Below are positions 25,192 through 34,679 of a stretch of DNA of 64,000 bases, piece after piece; position 1 is the first letter of the stretch; every line of letters begins with the position of its first letter. This DNA comes from Candidatus Poribacteria bacterium (lineage in GTDB: Bacteria; Poribacteria; WGA-4E; WGA-3G). The notes under the pieces are model-generated. The model worked only from the letters and a program-made list of their open reading frames with translations. It ran no database searches and was not told the DNA's origin. The translations under genes and the position numbers were made by a program. The DNA is taken from the NCBI GenBank assembly GCA_965208635.1, contig OZ242349.1:2049769-2113768 (forward strand). Direction: 5' to 3'.

Positions 25192-28155
25192 CTAATCTGA
25201 TGCCTCCACTTTGGAAAGTAATTCAAGAAGATGGATTGAAGGAATTACCAAGTTACGATTCTGATGCTGAAGATGTTTCTCTATGAACATTTCCTTTGCT
25301 GCAACACCTATAACTTGTCCTTTCCTGTTCAGTACAGGACACCCGTTACATCCATCAGGAATCGGCGCGGTAATTTCAAAAAAATTCCTTTCATAAAGAC
25401 GACTGATAATACCTTGTGAAAACGTATCCGGGCTACTTGCGACGTAAATGGTATCACCTATTTGAACATCCTCGTTGCTGAGATACAGAGGTTGTACATC
25501 AGTATTCGACACCTTTAGTATCGCTAATTGATCGTCAATAGCAGCTATACCTTCAACTTCAATACAAGGAACTTCATAACTGTCTTTCCGCTGATCGTGG
25601 TACAGTGTCAATGAATCGTCTTTATAAATAATATTATCAATCTTCTGAATAATTGCATTAATCCAACTGGATGCGAATCTCCTGGAGTTGGTCCGTTTCC
25701 ATACGAACGAAGTATTGCTTTCCAGATCGTATAACTTGCCGAATCTTTTTCGCCTGAAGTATCCTGGGGGTGTTGCAAGAAAACGATGTGTAGCAATTAG
25801 ATTCTGTTTAACGAAAAAGCCATTACCGGAAGCATGGTTATATTCTCTGGTATATTCCATAATTCCCAATGTACTCCTGGGTGGGCGTGCTCCTTTTTCC
25901 ACCATTAGTACTATGCTATCCAATACGCGCCGGGCTATCTGCTTAGAAGTTTGTGGTGTTTTCGTAATATCCCATAGAAGAATTGTGCCATCATCACTCC
26001 CACTCGCGAGGGTGCGGCCATCAGGACTGAAGGCTACCCAACTAATATAACCAGTATGCCCTTTGAGAGTGGCCTTGTGGCGACCTGTCGTATTAAACCA
26101 AGTCGGATATATACGTGTATCGTCGTGAGATTGATGGAGGATTCTGTGCACATTCCACAAAGTTACATCCTTACTTCCTACAGCAAGGGCAGAACCATCA
26201 GGACTAAAGGCAACACTTGAAACACCGTCAAGTCTATTAAGGGACGCTTTACATTCTTCACTGACCACATCCCACAAATATACCTCTCCATCTCCCGAAC
26301 TTCTAGCTCCACTGGCGAGAGTCCGCCCATCAGGAGAAAACGCAATGCTAAAAACATATTCCTTCCCATGTCCCGCGAGTGTGGTTTTAAGTTCCCCATT
26401 GGTGGCATCCCACAGATACACCGTGCCATTTCCACTCCCGCCAGCGACAGTAAGACTATCAGGAGAAAACGCCACACTCAAGATAGTTTCATAATGTTCA
26501 GTGGTTAGCGTGGCTTTATTTTTGCAAGTAACGGCATCCCACAATTGAATTGTAGTGTCCTTTGCCAAATCATCTCTACTGCCGGTCGCGAGCGTTTTCC
26601 CATCAGGGGAATAGGCTAATACGAAGCCATCAATAGAATATTCTCGTAATGGTTCACTCGTTTGAACGCCTCTACGCCCTTCAAAAGTGGTAGCTCGAGG
26701 TTTCCCAGATTCCACATCCCAAAGCCGGATGGTACCATCTTCACTCGCACTCGCAAGGGTTTTTCCATCAGGGGAATAGGAGACAGCATCAGCAAACATT
26801 TTGAAGTCGTCTTTTATCCATCGTCCCAAAGGCACCTTGAACGTGCTTTGAAGGCACCCTGATCGCACATTCCAAATGCGAATTATCTTATCACCCACTT
26901 TGCCGTGTCCACTTCCACTAGCGATTGTACTGCCATCAGGATCGAATGATATGGAAGAAACAGATCTTGTATGCCCTGTGATCGTTTGCAAGTGTTCTCC
27001 AGTGACAGCGTTCCATAACCGGATAGTGCTGTCACCACCTATACCTGCAAATGCTCTGCTATCAGGGTTGAAAACAAGGCTATAAACTTCATCAGTATGT
27101 TCAGTGAGGGTTAACTTGTGCTCACCACTAACAGCATTCCACAATCTAATTTTCTTGTCTCGATCTGCAATAGCAAGTGTGCTGCTATCGGGACTGAAGG
27201 CAATAGCATCTGAATATCCTGTAAGTTCTGCCTTGAGTTGGTACGTGGCGGTATCCCACAGAAGAATTTTGTCATCCTTACTCGCACTGACAAAAGAAGC
27301 ACCATTGGGGGAGTATGCTACCGTAAAGACACTGTTTGTATGCTGCTCTGTGAGTGTTTCTTTATGTTCACCTGTGGCAGCATCCCATAATTGAACAGTA
27401 CCCGGCCATAGATCTCTATCAATATTGTTGTCCCAACCTCCAGTAGCGATTGTGTCTCCATCTGGACTGAATGCGATGGAATTGGCGCGAAAATCAGGAT
27501 TCTCAAGGGTAATGTGTTGACCAGTTTCTATATTCCACAATCGAATCATTTCAACATTTTTCATAGGCCCCCCGAAAAAACCACCACTATCTGCACTTGC
27601 GAGCGTTTGACCATCAGGACTGAATACCATCAATTTATATCCACCTGTATGTCCTTTGAGTGTCGCTTTGCGTTTACCGGTAACAACGTCCCACAATCGT
27701 ATCGTTCCGTCTCCACGTGGGTCTACATTTCCACTGGCGAGGATACTACCATCGGGACTGAATTCTACACAGGTTACACGTTCCTCATGCTCACCAAGCG
27801 TTACTTTGTGTTCTCCAGTGTTTGGATCCCACAAGCAAACCGTACCAGCATACAAGGAACCATCGGGGGAATACGCAATCAACTCCGGCCAAACTGCCCC
27901 ACCGCTAGCTAAGGTATGACCATCGGGGGAGTACGCAATCAACTCCGGTCCCTTTATATGTCCTGTGAGAAGATTCAATTCTTTGCCCGTATGGGCATTG
28001 TATATCCATATCCCAATGGAACTACCGACTGCAAGTTGCGTACCATCTGGAGAATACCTGATTTGACCTATTATTCCCTTCCCAAGGCGTGATCTGGGCT
28101 CTTCGGAGACATACCATTCAGCATTGTTTTGGGTAGGGTCATTTGGAAAAAACAT
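25192..28155 (-). CDS. WD40-repeat protein (16 SPDG...LW(D/N) units) fused to a C-terminal chymotrypsin/S1-like domain with a non-canonical active-site motif
   Basis: 16 repeats of the (F/Y)SPDG..LASG....I.LWD type. The C-terminal ~240 aa carry SGNGFFV..NLIATHRF (His), DDQLAILKV (Asp) and DGCNGCPVLN in place of GNSGGPLLN. Confidence 0.8.
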   Translation of the reverse strand: MFFPNDPTQNNAEWYVSEEPRSRLGKGIIGQIRYSPDGTQLAVGSSIGIWIYNAHTGKELNLLTGHIKGPELIAYSPDGHTLASGGAVWPELIAYSPDGSLYAGTVCLWDPNTGEHKVTLGEHEERVTCVEFSPDGSILASGNVDPRGDGTIRLWDVVTGKRKATLKGHTGGYKLMVFSPDGQTLASADSGGFFGGPMKNVEMIRLWNIETGQHITLENPDFRANSIAFSPDGDTIATGGWDNNIDRDLWPGTVQLWDAATGEHKETLTEQHTNSVFTVAYSPNGASFVSASKDDKILLWDTATYQLKAELTGYSDAIAFSPDSSTLAIADRDKKIRLWNAVSGEHKLTLTEHTDEVYSLVFNPDSRAFAGIGGDSTIRLWNAVTGEHLQTITGHTRSVSSISFDPDGSTIASGSGHGKVGDKIIRIWNVRSGCLQSTFKVPLGRWIKDDFKMFADAVSYSPDGKTLASASEDGTIRLWDVESGKPRATTFEGRRGVQTSEPLREYSIDGFVLAYSPDGKTLATGSRDDLAKDTTIQLWDAVTCKNKATLTTEHYETILSVAFSPDSLTVAGGSGNGTVYLWDATNGELKTTLAGHGKEYVFSIAFSPDGRTLASGARSSGDGEVYLWDVVSEECKASLNRLDGVSSVAFSPDGSALAVGSKDVTLWNVHRILHQSHDDTRIYPTWFNTTGRHKATLKGHTGYISWVAFSPDGRTLASGSDDGTILLWDITKTPQTSKQIARRVLDSIVLMVEKGARPPRSTLGIMEYTREYNHASGNGFFVKQNLIATHRFLATPPGYFRRKRFGKLYDLESNTSFVWKRTNSRRFASSWINAIIQKIDNIIYKDDSLTLYHDQRKDSYEVPCIEVEGIAAIDDQLAILKVSNTDVQPLYLSNEDVQIGDTIYVASSPDTFSQGIISRLYERNFFEITAPIPDGCNGCPVLNRKGQVIGVAAKEMFIEKHLQHQNRNLVIPSIHLLELLSKVEASD

Positions 28156-28252
28156 AGTGGCGATTTTCTTTTTAGGTAGCCTTTGGGTAGCATAATCTCA
28201 GCGTATCCAAGTGTTCACACAAATAAATCTGGAGTTAACCCACTTTAACACC

Positions 28253-30457
28253 TTAACTTGCAAATAGGTTGGGTGATGTTTGGCTTGGAGGTTGGAGCAA
28301 GTTAATTGGTATAGATGGTGTTTGGGGTTGCTCTGCCTGTTGTAGAGACATTGCGGTGAAGGTTTCAAGTGAGTAAAGTTCCATTCCACTTTGAAATTCA
28401 GACGGATTTTTCTCTACAGGTGAGGTGTAAATCTGTTCCTTTTTCTCTCTTAATATTGCAGCAATATCTTTTGGCAATTTAACGCCAGCCTTTTTCTCAA
28501 AACCCTCCACGCTTTGATAAGATTTACTAAAAACGGTAGGAATATCTATGCCTTCGTTTGCTGCACTTGTTAAGCTAATTCTGGCTTTCTCCCATTCTTG
28601 CTGGTGCAACCGAGCCATTGCGCGATTGTAATAGGCTGGTGCATAATCGGGATCTAACCTTAGTGCTTTTGTATAGTCTTTAAGGGCTTGATTAAACTCG
28701 TCATTGTTGAAGTAAGCCAGTCCACGATTGTGATAAAATATTGCCTCATCTCGACTCAGGTCTATCGCCTTACTGTAATTTTCAATAGCCTCGTCAAAAT
28801 CGCCGCCGTTACTATAAACGTTGCCAAGGTTATTATAAGCTGCAGCATTGTCTCGTTCCAATTCCAGTGCTTTTTTTAAGTCATCAATTGCTAGACTTAC
28901 CTCGCCAATGTCCCCATAGGCAACACCGCGATTGACATAAGCTCTGACATGCTTGGGATTAAGTTCTATCGTCTCAGTATAGTCCCTTATAGCCAAATCA
29001 AGTTTTCCCACGCTATTGTAACCAATGGCGCGATTGAAATAGATATTCGCATGGTTGAGCCCCAGTTCTATCGCCTTTGTACAGTCATCTAAGGCCTTGT
29101 CAACTTTGCCAATAATACCGTAAGCGGCCCCGCGACTAGCATAGGCTTCTACAGCCTGGGGATCAATTTGTACAACTGTCGTGTAATCGGCAATGGCTGA
29201 GTCAAGATCGCCTTTGAACAAGTAAACATTACCACGATTATGATAAGGTGCGGCAAACTTTGGATCAATTTGTATTGCCATTGTATAATCAGCGATAGCT
29301 TTGTCAAAGCTGCCTTTGTTACTATAAGCAATACCGCGATTGATATAAGATGGAATGTGGTTAGATTGGACCCGAAGCACTTCCGTATAATCCACAATAG
29401 CCCTATCAAATTCACTTCTTGCGCTGTAGGCGATGCCGCGATTAAAATAGCATTCGACGTGACGTGGATTTAGTTCTATCACTTTCGTATAGTCCGTTAT
29501 GGCTCTGTCAAAATCGCCATTGCTACTATAAGCATTGCCTCGTTCATAATACGCGTTGAGATAATCGGGTTGTAGTTTTACTGCTTTTGTGTAACTTTCA
29601 ATTGCCGAATTCACTTCGCCTTTGTTGTCGAAAGCCATACCCAGAATCAGATGCGCATCCGCAGCGTTGGAATTGCGTTCCAACGCTTTTTCACAGTCTG
29701 TAATAGCGGAGTCAAAATCCTCCTTAAGACTATAAGCAGTTGCGCGGGTGATATAAGGATGAGCAGCATTCGGATTGAGTTCTATCACCTTTTGGAAGTC
29801 TGCGATAGCGGAGTCAAAATCCCTTTTAAGTAAGTGAATGTGGCCTCGCATAATATAGACTGGTGGGTAATTCGGTTTCAGTTTTATCGCCCTGCTATAG
29901 TCTGCAATAGCTTTATCACCCTCACCTTTGCTGCTATAAATATTACCACGAATAGCGTAGACTTCAGCAAAATCAGGCTTGATTCGTATCGCTTTGCTAT
30001 AGTCCATAATCGCGAAGTCAAGTTCACTTTTGTCTCCGTAAGCGTTGCCTCGAATGAGATAGGCCTCAGCAACATCAGGATTAAGCTGTATCGCCTTATC
30101 ACAATCTTCAATGGCACGATCGAACTCTTTCTTGCCAACATAAGCATGAGCGCGGTGGTAATAGGCCTCAGCGTAGTCCGGTTGGTATTGGATCGCCTTG
30201 GTGAAGTCTTCAATTGCCTTATCAATTTCACCATTAGCCCCATACGCCATACCGCGCCCGTGATAAGCTCTCGCGGGTTGGCGAGTCCAGAAAACCGCTT
30301 GGGTATAATCGTCAATCGCGAGATCAAACTTGCCCATCTTATGGTAAACTTCGCCTCGGTAAACATAGGGCATAACAAAACCGGGGCTCAGTTCAATAGC
30401 ATTGCTAAAATGCTTGACAGCTTCTTCATAGTGTGCCATCTTCGCTTTGTTAGCCAT
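28253..30457 (-). CDS. tetratricopeptide-repeat protein (about 19 consecutive 34-aa TPR units) with a non-repeat C-terminal tail
   Basis: Highly regular AI.DY..AI.L.P....AY..RG.AY units span nearly the whole ORF. The ATG at 30457 overlaps the upstream FRG gene by 8 nt, with a GGAGA SD. Confidence 0.85.
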   Translation of the reverse strand: MANKAKMAHYEEAVKHFSNAIELSPGFVMPYVYRGEVYHKMGKFDLAIDDYTQAVFWTRQPARAYHGRGMAYGANGEIDKAIEDFTKAIQYQPDYAEAYYHRAHAYVGKKEFDRAIEDCDKAIQLNPDVAEAYLIRGNAYGDKSELDFAIMDYSKAIRIKPDFAEVYAIRGNIYSSKGEGDKAIADYSRAIKLKPNYPPVYIMRGHIHLLKRDFDSAIADFQKVIELNPNAAHPYITRATAYSLKEDFDSAITDCEKALERNSNAADAHLILGMAFDNKGEVNSAIESYTKAVKLQPDYLNAYYERGNAYSSNGDFDRAITDYTKVIELNPRHVECYFNRGIAYSARSEFDRAIVDYTEVLRVQSNHIPSYINRGIAYSNKGSFDKAIADYTMAIQIDPKFAAPYHNRGNVYLFKGDLDSAIADYTTVVQIDPQAVEAYASRGAAYGIIGKVDKALDDCTKAIELGLNHANIYFNRAIGYNSVGKLDLAIRDYTETIELNPKHVRAYVNRGVAYGDIGEVSLAIDDLKKALELERDNAAAYNNLGNVYSNGGDFDEAIENYSKAIDLSRDEAIFYHNRGLAYFNNDEFNQALKDYTKALRLDPDYAPAYYNRAMARLHQQEWEKARISLTSAANEGIDIPTVFSKSYQSVEGFEKKAGVKLPKDIAAILREKKEQIYTSPVEKNPSEFQSGMELYSLETFTAMSLQQAEQPQTPSIPINLLQPPSQTSPNLFAS

Positions 30458-31163
30458 CTTCTGAATCTCCTCTTTGTTTTTCCGCTAAGCCCTTGTAAAT
30501 TGTTTTATAGGTCTCCAATTTAAGACTCTGATGCCTAATAAACCCATGGATGTCATTGTAGATGGTTTCAGCAGATATACCGTGTGCTCTTTCGAGATGC
30601 TCCAGCATCGGCTGCTTGAGATCTGCAGGAACGTTAATAACATCGTCTTCATTAGGCTGAATAAAGCCATCCGGATGCCTAACGAATACACTCTTCTGAG
30701 CAATGATACGATTTAGTGGCTCATAAGCGTCCTTAATGTAAGAGGCTATCAGTTCCTTTTTCTGCATAATAATCCTACCATCTTTACTAAGAGAAGTGTT
30801 ACAAGCCATGAAGAGTGCGACGAGATAGTCTTCCGTGAAATCAATGAGGTTGGTTTTACCCCCGTAGTGTTGAATCTCATCAAGACGCTCAAGTTCAACA
30901 GGTGTTCTTCGGGCAAAAAGTTTAGCTACTTCCAACATTTCTGATTGGACAACTTCTATATCAAAGTGTTCTGTTTCAACGTCAAATTCTTCATCCTCAA
31001 GGAAAACGCGATAGAGATTTGAGGAGACCTTCCCATAATAAGGAGCTTCCTGATAGTGTTCAGGTTCACCGCGATAAAGATACTCTCCAGTATCCGCTTT
31101 TACTTCTATTCTTCGGAGTATTCCATCAACCGAACTTAGATCGTTTTGATTTTCGCTGTTCAT
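30450..31163 (-). CDS. FRG-domain protein
   Basis: YRGEPE, IQHYGGKTNLIDFTEDYLVALFMA and RIIAQKSVFV match the FRG-domain signature (FRGQ / QHYGLPTRLLDWT..ALFFA / R..aQ.G.F). ATG 31163 has an AAGGAAAG SD. The track ORF starts at 31253. Confidence 0.65.
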   Translation of the reverse strand: MNSENQNDLSSVDGILRRIEVKADTGEYLYRGEPEHYQEAPYYGKVSSNLYRVFLEDEEFDVETEHFDIEVVQSEMLEVAKLFARRTPVELERLDEIQHYGGKTNLIDFTEDYLVALFMACNTSLSKDGRIIMQKKELIASYIKDAYEPLNRIIAQKSVFVRHPDGFIQPNEDDVINVPADLKQPMLEHLERAHGISAETIYNDIHGFIRHQSLKLETYKTIYKGLAEKQRGDSEDG

Positions 31164-31315
31164 CCACTTTCCTTTACGATCACAATGCTGTCTACAAGAA
31201 TAACACGTTTGGCACGGGATGTCAACCGAATTTAATCGAAAGATTAGCGGCATTAGTTTTCTGCTATGTTTGTATGAACAGTCGCGATCAGAAGATCGCT
31301 CCTACAGCATCCTTC

Positions 31316-31344
31316 TTGAATAATTCTTTGTAAAGTGATATGCT
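31316..31344 (+). promoter_or_regulatory. possible sigma70-type promoter (TTGAAT-17 nt-TATGCT) for the sulfatase gene
   Basis: TTGAAT at 31316..31321, a 17-nt spacer, then TATGCT at 31339..31344, 36 nt before ATG 31380. Confidence 0.3.
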
Positions 31345-31379
31345 GATTCCATCAACAAATACAAGGTAAAGGAAACAAT

Positions 31380-32891
31380 ATGCCTGAAACCAGACCTAAT
31401 ATCCTACTTATTACGAGCGATCAGCAACATTGGAATACCTTGGGCTGCCTCAACGCTGAAATTCAGACCCCGCACTTAGATGCATTGGCACAGCAAGGCA
31501 CACTTTTCAATAGAGCCTACTGCCCGAACCCGACCTGCACCCCTACACGCGCCTCTATTATTACCGGAAAATATCCGAGCCAACACGGTGCCTGGTCCCT
31601 CGGCACGAAACTCTCTGAAGATGAGCATACCGTCGGTGAAGATTTCACGGATGCGGGGTATCGCACTGCCCTCGTCGGCAAGGCGCATTTTCAACCGCTC
31701 CACGGTACTGAGGAATTCCCGTCTCTCGAATCCTATCCGATCCTCCAAGATTTGGACTTTTGGCGCAGTTTCAATGAACCGTTTTACGGGTTTGAACACG
31801 TTGAACTCGCACGCAACCACGCCGACGAAGCGCACGTTGGACAACACTACGCTATCTGGATGGAGGAAAACGGCTGCCCCAATTGGCGCGACTACTTCGC
31901 GCCGCCGACAGGGAACGCTCGCGGGCAGTATCGGAAATGGCACATTCCAGAAGAATATCATTACGATACATGGATTGCGGAACGCACCAACGCACTCATG
32001 GAAACATATCAGCAGAATGGCGAAAACTTTTTCCTTTGGGCGAGCTTCTTCGATCCACATCCAAAATATCTCGTGCCAGAGCCGTGGGATACGATGTACG
32101 ACCCAACGGCATTGACAGTGCCTTCCGTAACCGAGGGAGAACATGATAACAATCCACCGCATTTTCAGCTAACACAACAAGAAAAGCCTGACTTCTCGGC
32201 TTGGCGTGAAAGTGGAAAGGGTGCCCACGGCTTCAACTCACATTTACGCGATCAAGATGAACTCGCCAAAGACATCGCTGTCTATTACGGGATGGTGACG
32301 CTGATGGACAAATACATCGGGAAAATCTTGGCGAAACTCGATGAACTCGGACTTGCAGAGAACACACTGGTTGTCTTCACATCCGACCACGGACACTTCT
32401 ACGGACAGCACGGACTTGTGGCGAAGGGTGCATTTCACTATGAAGACGTGATCCGAGTGCCGTTTATCGTGCGGCATCCGGGGATCGTACCTGCGGGAAG
32501 ACACTCTGACGCGTTGCAAACATTGGTAGATTTAGCACCTACATTCCTCAGTGCCGCCGGTATCGACGTACCACTACCGATGACGGGTGTCGATCAGATG
32601 CCGGTCTGGTCGGGAGAAGCAGAACAGGCGCGCGACCATATCATCGTTGAAAACCACCATGAACCGACAACAGTACACGTTAAAACCTATGTTAACGATC
32701 GTTATAAACTCACTGTCTACTACAACCGAGAGTATGGGGAATTGTTTGATTTGCAAGAGGATCCGGGAGAGGTCAAGAACTTGTGGGATTCTGCCGAACA
32801 CTCAGCACTAAAGGCGGATCTGGTGATGAAGTTATTGTTCGCAGAGATGGGGAAGGAACCGTTGTGGATGCCGCGAACTTCGGGGGCGTAG
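31380..32891 (+). CDS. Cys-type sulfatase
   Basis: NILLITSDQQ, CTPTRASIITGKY (CxPxR) and FTSDHGH. Confidence 0.9.
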   Translation: MPETRPNILLITSDQQHWNTLGCLNAEIQTPHLDALAQQGTLFNRAYCPNPTCTPTRASIITGKYPSQHGAWSLGTKLSEDEHTVGEDFTDAGYRTALVGKAHFQPLHGTEEFPSLESYPILQDLDFWRSFNEPFYGFEHVELARNHADEAHVGQHYAIWMEENGCPNWRDYFAPPTGNARGQYRKWHIPEEYHYDTWIAERTNALMETYQQNGENFFLWASFFDPHPKYLVPEPWDTMYDPTALTVPSVTEGEHDNNPPHFQLTQQEKPDFSAWRESGKGAHGFNSHLRDQDELAKDIAVYYGMVTLMDKYIGKILAKLDELGLAENTLVVFTSDHGHFYGQHGLVAKGAFHYEDVIRVPFIVRHPGIVPAGRHSDALQTLVDLAPTFLSAAGIDVPLPMTGVDQMPVWSGEAEQARDHIIVENHHEPTTVHVKTYVNDRYKLTVYYNREYGELFDLQEDPGEVKNLWDSAEHSALKADLVMKLLFAEMGKEPLWMPRTSGA

Positions 32892-32920
32892 GAGTCCCAA
32901 AAAATAATCCAAAGCGCGTA

Positions 32921-33005
32921 GCATGCAACAACGGCGCAGGCGGGTTCTCTGAAAGAATTGTAAAGTTTCTGACGACGTTGTGCTTCCGCAAGGAAAATTA
33001 GAAAA
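32921..33005 (+). repeat. family A repeat copy (orphan, not followed by a plus-strand gene)
   Basis: The copy reads gcatgcaacaacggcgcaggcggg...ttccgcaaggaaaattagaaaa. Confidence 0.65.
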
Positions 33006-33824
33006 TCAATACCGTCGTTTCCAGTGCCAACTGTCGCTGCCTGAAATAAGCGGACGGATGTCCTCTGGCAATGTCTCAACAAATTCGGGACTGACCTCGT
33101 TGCCGGGCCATTCGCGCACCATCGGAGGTGTGTAACCGGAGATGAGGATGACACGTTCCTTATCGCTACGGATAGCAGTCGTACTGTGGATCAACGCCTC
33201 GGCAAAAAGAAGGACGGAACCGGCTGACGCTTCGACTTGGTAGATGAGTTTGTCGTCAGAGAGTGCCGCTTCGATCATCTCTTTATGATCCCACGTTAAG
33301 CGATGACTTCCGGGTATAACGCATGTCCCACCGTCGTCTGGACCGACATCGGTGAGGTAGGCGAGCGTCTTCACGAAGATGCAGTGGAACTTATTCTGTT
33401 CGATGTACGTGCCCCATCCGTGTTGCGTCCCACGATGAAACCCCGTCGGGTTATAGCGGCGTTTATAGAGTTCATCCAATTCCATCTCTGGATTCCGACT
33501 ATTAATGATCGCTTCGGTTTCCTCAAGACGTACTGCACCCCCTACCACTTCCTCAACGAGAGGCACCAATTGCGGATGCGCGGCGTATTCCAACAGTGCT
33601 GGATCATACGCAACAAGATTCCCGAAAAGCACATGGTGTTCACTTTTCCCACGGGCATAGACCCGCTTGGCATCCAGATCCTCGTCGGCTTTCATCCTAT
33701 AGAGCGCGCCTTTCATACGCGCAATTTCATCATCGTTCAGGACGTTCTCCAACAACACAAACCCGTAGATGTCGAAGTGGAGTCGTTGCGCTGGTGTCAG
33801 GCAAACCTTTTCACTGTTTTTCAT
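33006..33824 (-). CDS. PhyH-like Fe(II)/2OG dioxygenase superfamily protein
   Basis: LTPAQRLHFDIYGFVLLENVL N-terminus and VIPGSHRL. ATG 33824 has a GGAGA SD. The canonical HxD is not obvious. Confidence 0.55.
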   Translation of the reverse strand: MKNSEKVCLTPAQRLHFDIYGFVLLENVLNDDEIARMKGALYRMKADEDLDAKRVYARGKSEHHVLFGNLVAYDPALLEYAAHPQLVPLVEEVVGGAVRLEETEAIINSRNPEMELDELYKRRYNPTGFHRGTQHGWGTYIEQNKFHCIFVKTLAYLTDVGPDDGGTCVIPGSHRLTWDHKEMIEAALSDDKLIYQVEASAGSVLLFAEALIHSTTAIRSDKERVILISGYTPPMVREWPGNEVSPEFVETLPEDIRPLISGSDSWHWKRRY

Positions 33825-33904
33825 TTTTTTCTCCAAGACCAAGAGATATTCCCTACCTGGCGCAAACTAACAGTTTACGCTACAAATACCGAACCTATGT
33901 TTTC

Positions 33905-34654
33905 TTATAACCCGTGTTTGACCTGTCCCCAGAGTGTCGCGAGTTTTCCGTTCGGATCAACGGCAAGGTCGAGTGGATCTTCCCCTTCATAGACCAGTAA
34001 ATCATCAACGTAACCGGGAGCAGTTATTCCCCATGTATAGAAAGCGACCCACTTGGGGACGGGACCGAGTGCCGCATTCCGAAACGGGAGTCCCTTTTCC
34101 GGCTTGGCACCCAATGCATCGTTTCTGTCGTCTCCTACGTAAAAATCGAATTCGCTTTTATCGACATTGGCAATAATTCGAACGTATTTCCATGTATCGG
34201 TTTCAAAGTCGCCAATAAGTTGCCACGCCGCGCCATCGTAAAGCCGGACAATGCCAGCGTCCCAGTTGATGTAGGTGCACCCGTTGTTTTCGCCAATGCC
34301 ATCAGCAGTAGCGACTTTGAAATTGAAAGACCTACCGCCACTCTCAATGTAAATCCAGAATTCAACCGAAATAATAGGATTCTCGGTTTCTATAGGCACA
34401 CCGAGTCCATCTCCGTCTCCACCGCCCAAAATAGCGAGTGCTTTTTTATCCGTTTTGACAGTGTCGCCAGAAATTTCAAAGTCCCCGCCAATTACCTCCC
34501 AATCTTTGGGCGGATTGCCGACAGCGAATTCCTCAAACCCAGTCTGCACATAAACTTCTTGTGCGATTGTGGTCTTCAGGACAGCGAAACTCAAAACAAT
34601 AACGAGCGTTAGCAAGATATATTGGTAATGGGCAATGCGTTTATCTTCGATCAT
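33905..34654 (-). CDS. secreted concanavalin-A-like/LamG-like beta-sandwich protein
   Basis: N-terminal TM/signal segment. Beta-rich sequence ending in GYVDDLLVYEG, which resembles the LamG/ConA-like C-terminal strand. Confidence 0.45.
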   Translation of the reverse strand: MIEDKRIAHYQYILLTLVIVLSFAVLKTTIAQEVYVQTGFEEFAVGNPPKDWEVIGGDFEISGDTVKTDKKALAILGGGDGDGLGVPIETENPIISVEFWIYIESGGRSFNFKVATADGIGENNGCTYINWDAGIVRLYDGAAWQLIGDFETDTWKYVRIIANVDKSEFDFYVGDDRNDALGAKPEKGLPFRNAALGPVPKWVAFYTWGITAPGYVDDLLVYEGEDPLDLAVDPNGKLATLWGQVKHGL

Positions 34655-34679
34655 CGTTCACGCCTCCATCAAATCTTCA

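Noticed and set aside
29834-30523. 229-aa plus-strand ORF, and the 164-aa ORF at 29884..30378, inside the TPR gene.
   Set aside because: They are antisense or alternative-frame products of the 102-nt periodic TPR repeat, with no SD and no recognisable motif. The TPR frame is clearly the coding one.
31476-32162. 228-aa minus-strand and 211-aa plus-strand alternative-frame ORFs inside the sulfatase gene.
   Set aside because: The sulfatase frame carries all the family motifs. The alternative ORFs are Arg/Pro-rich shadows.
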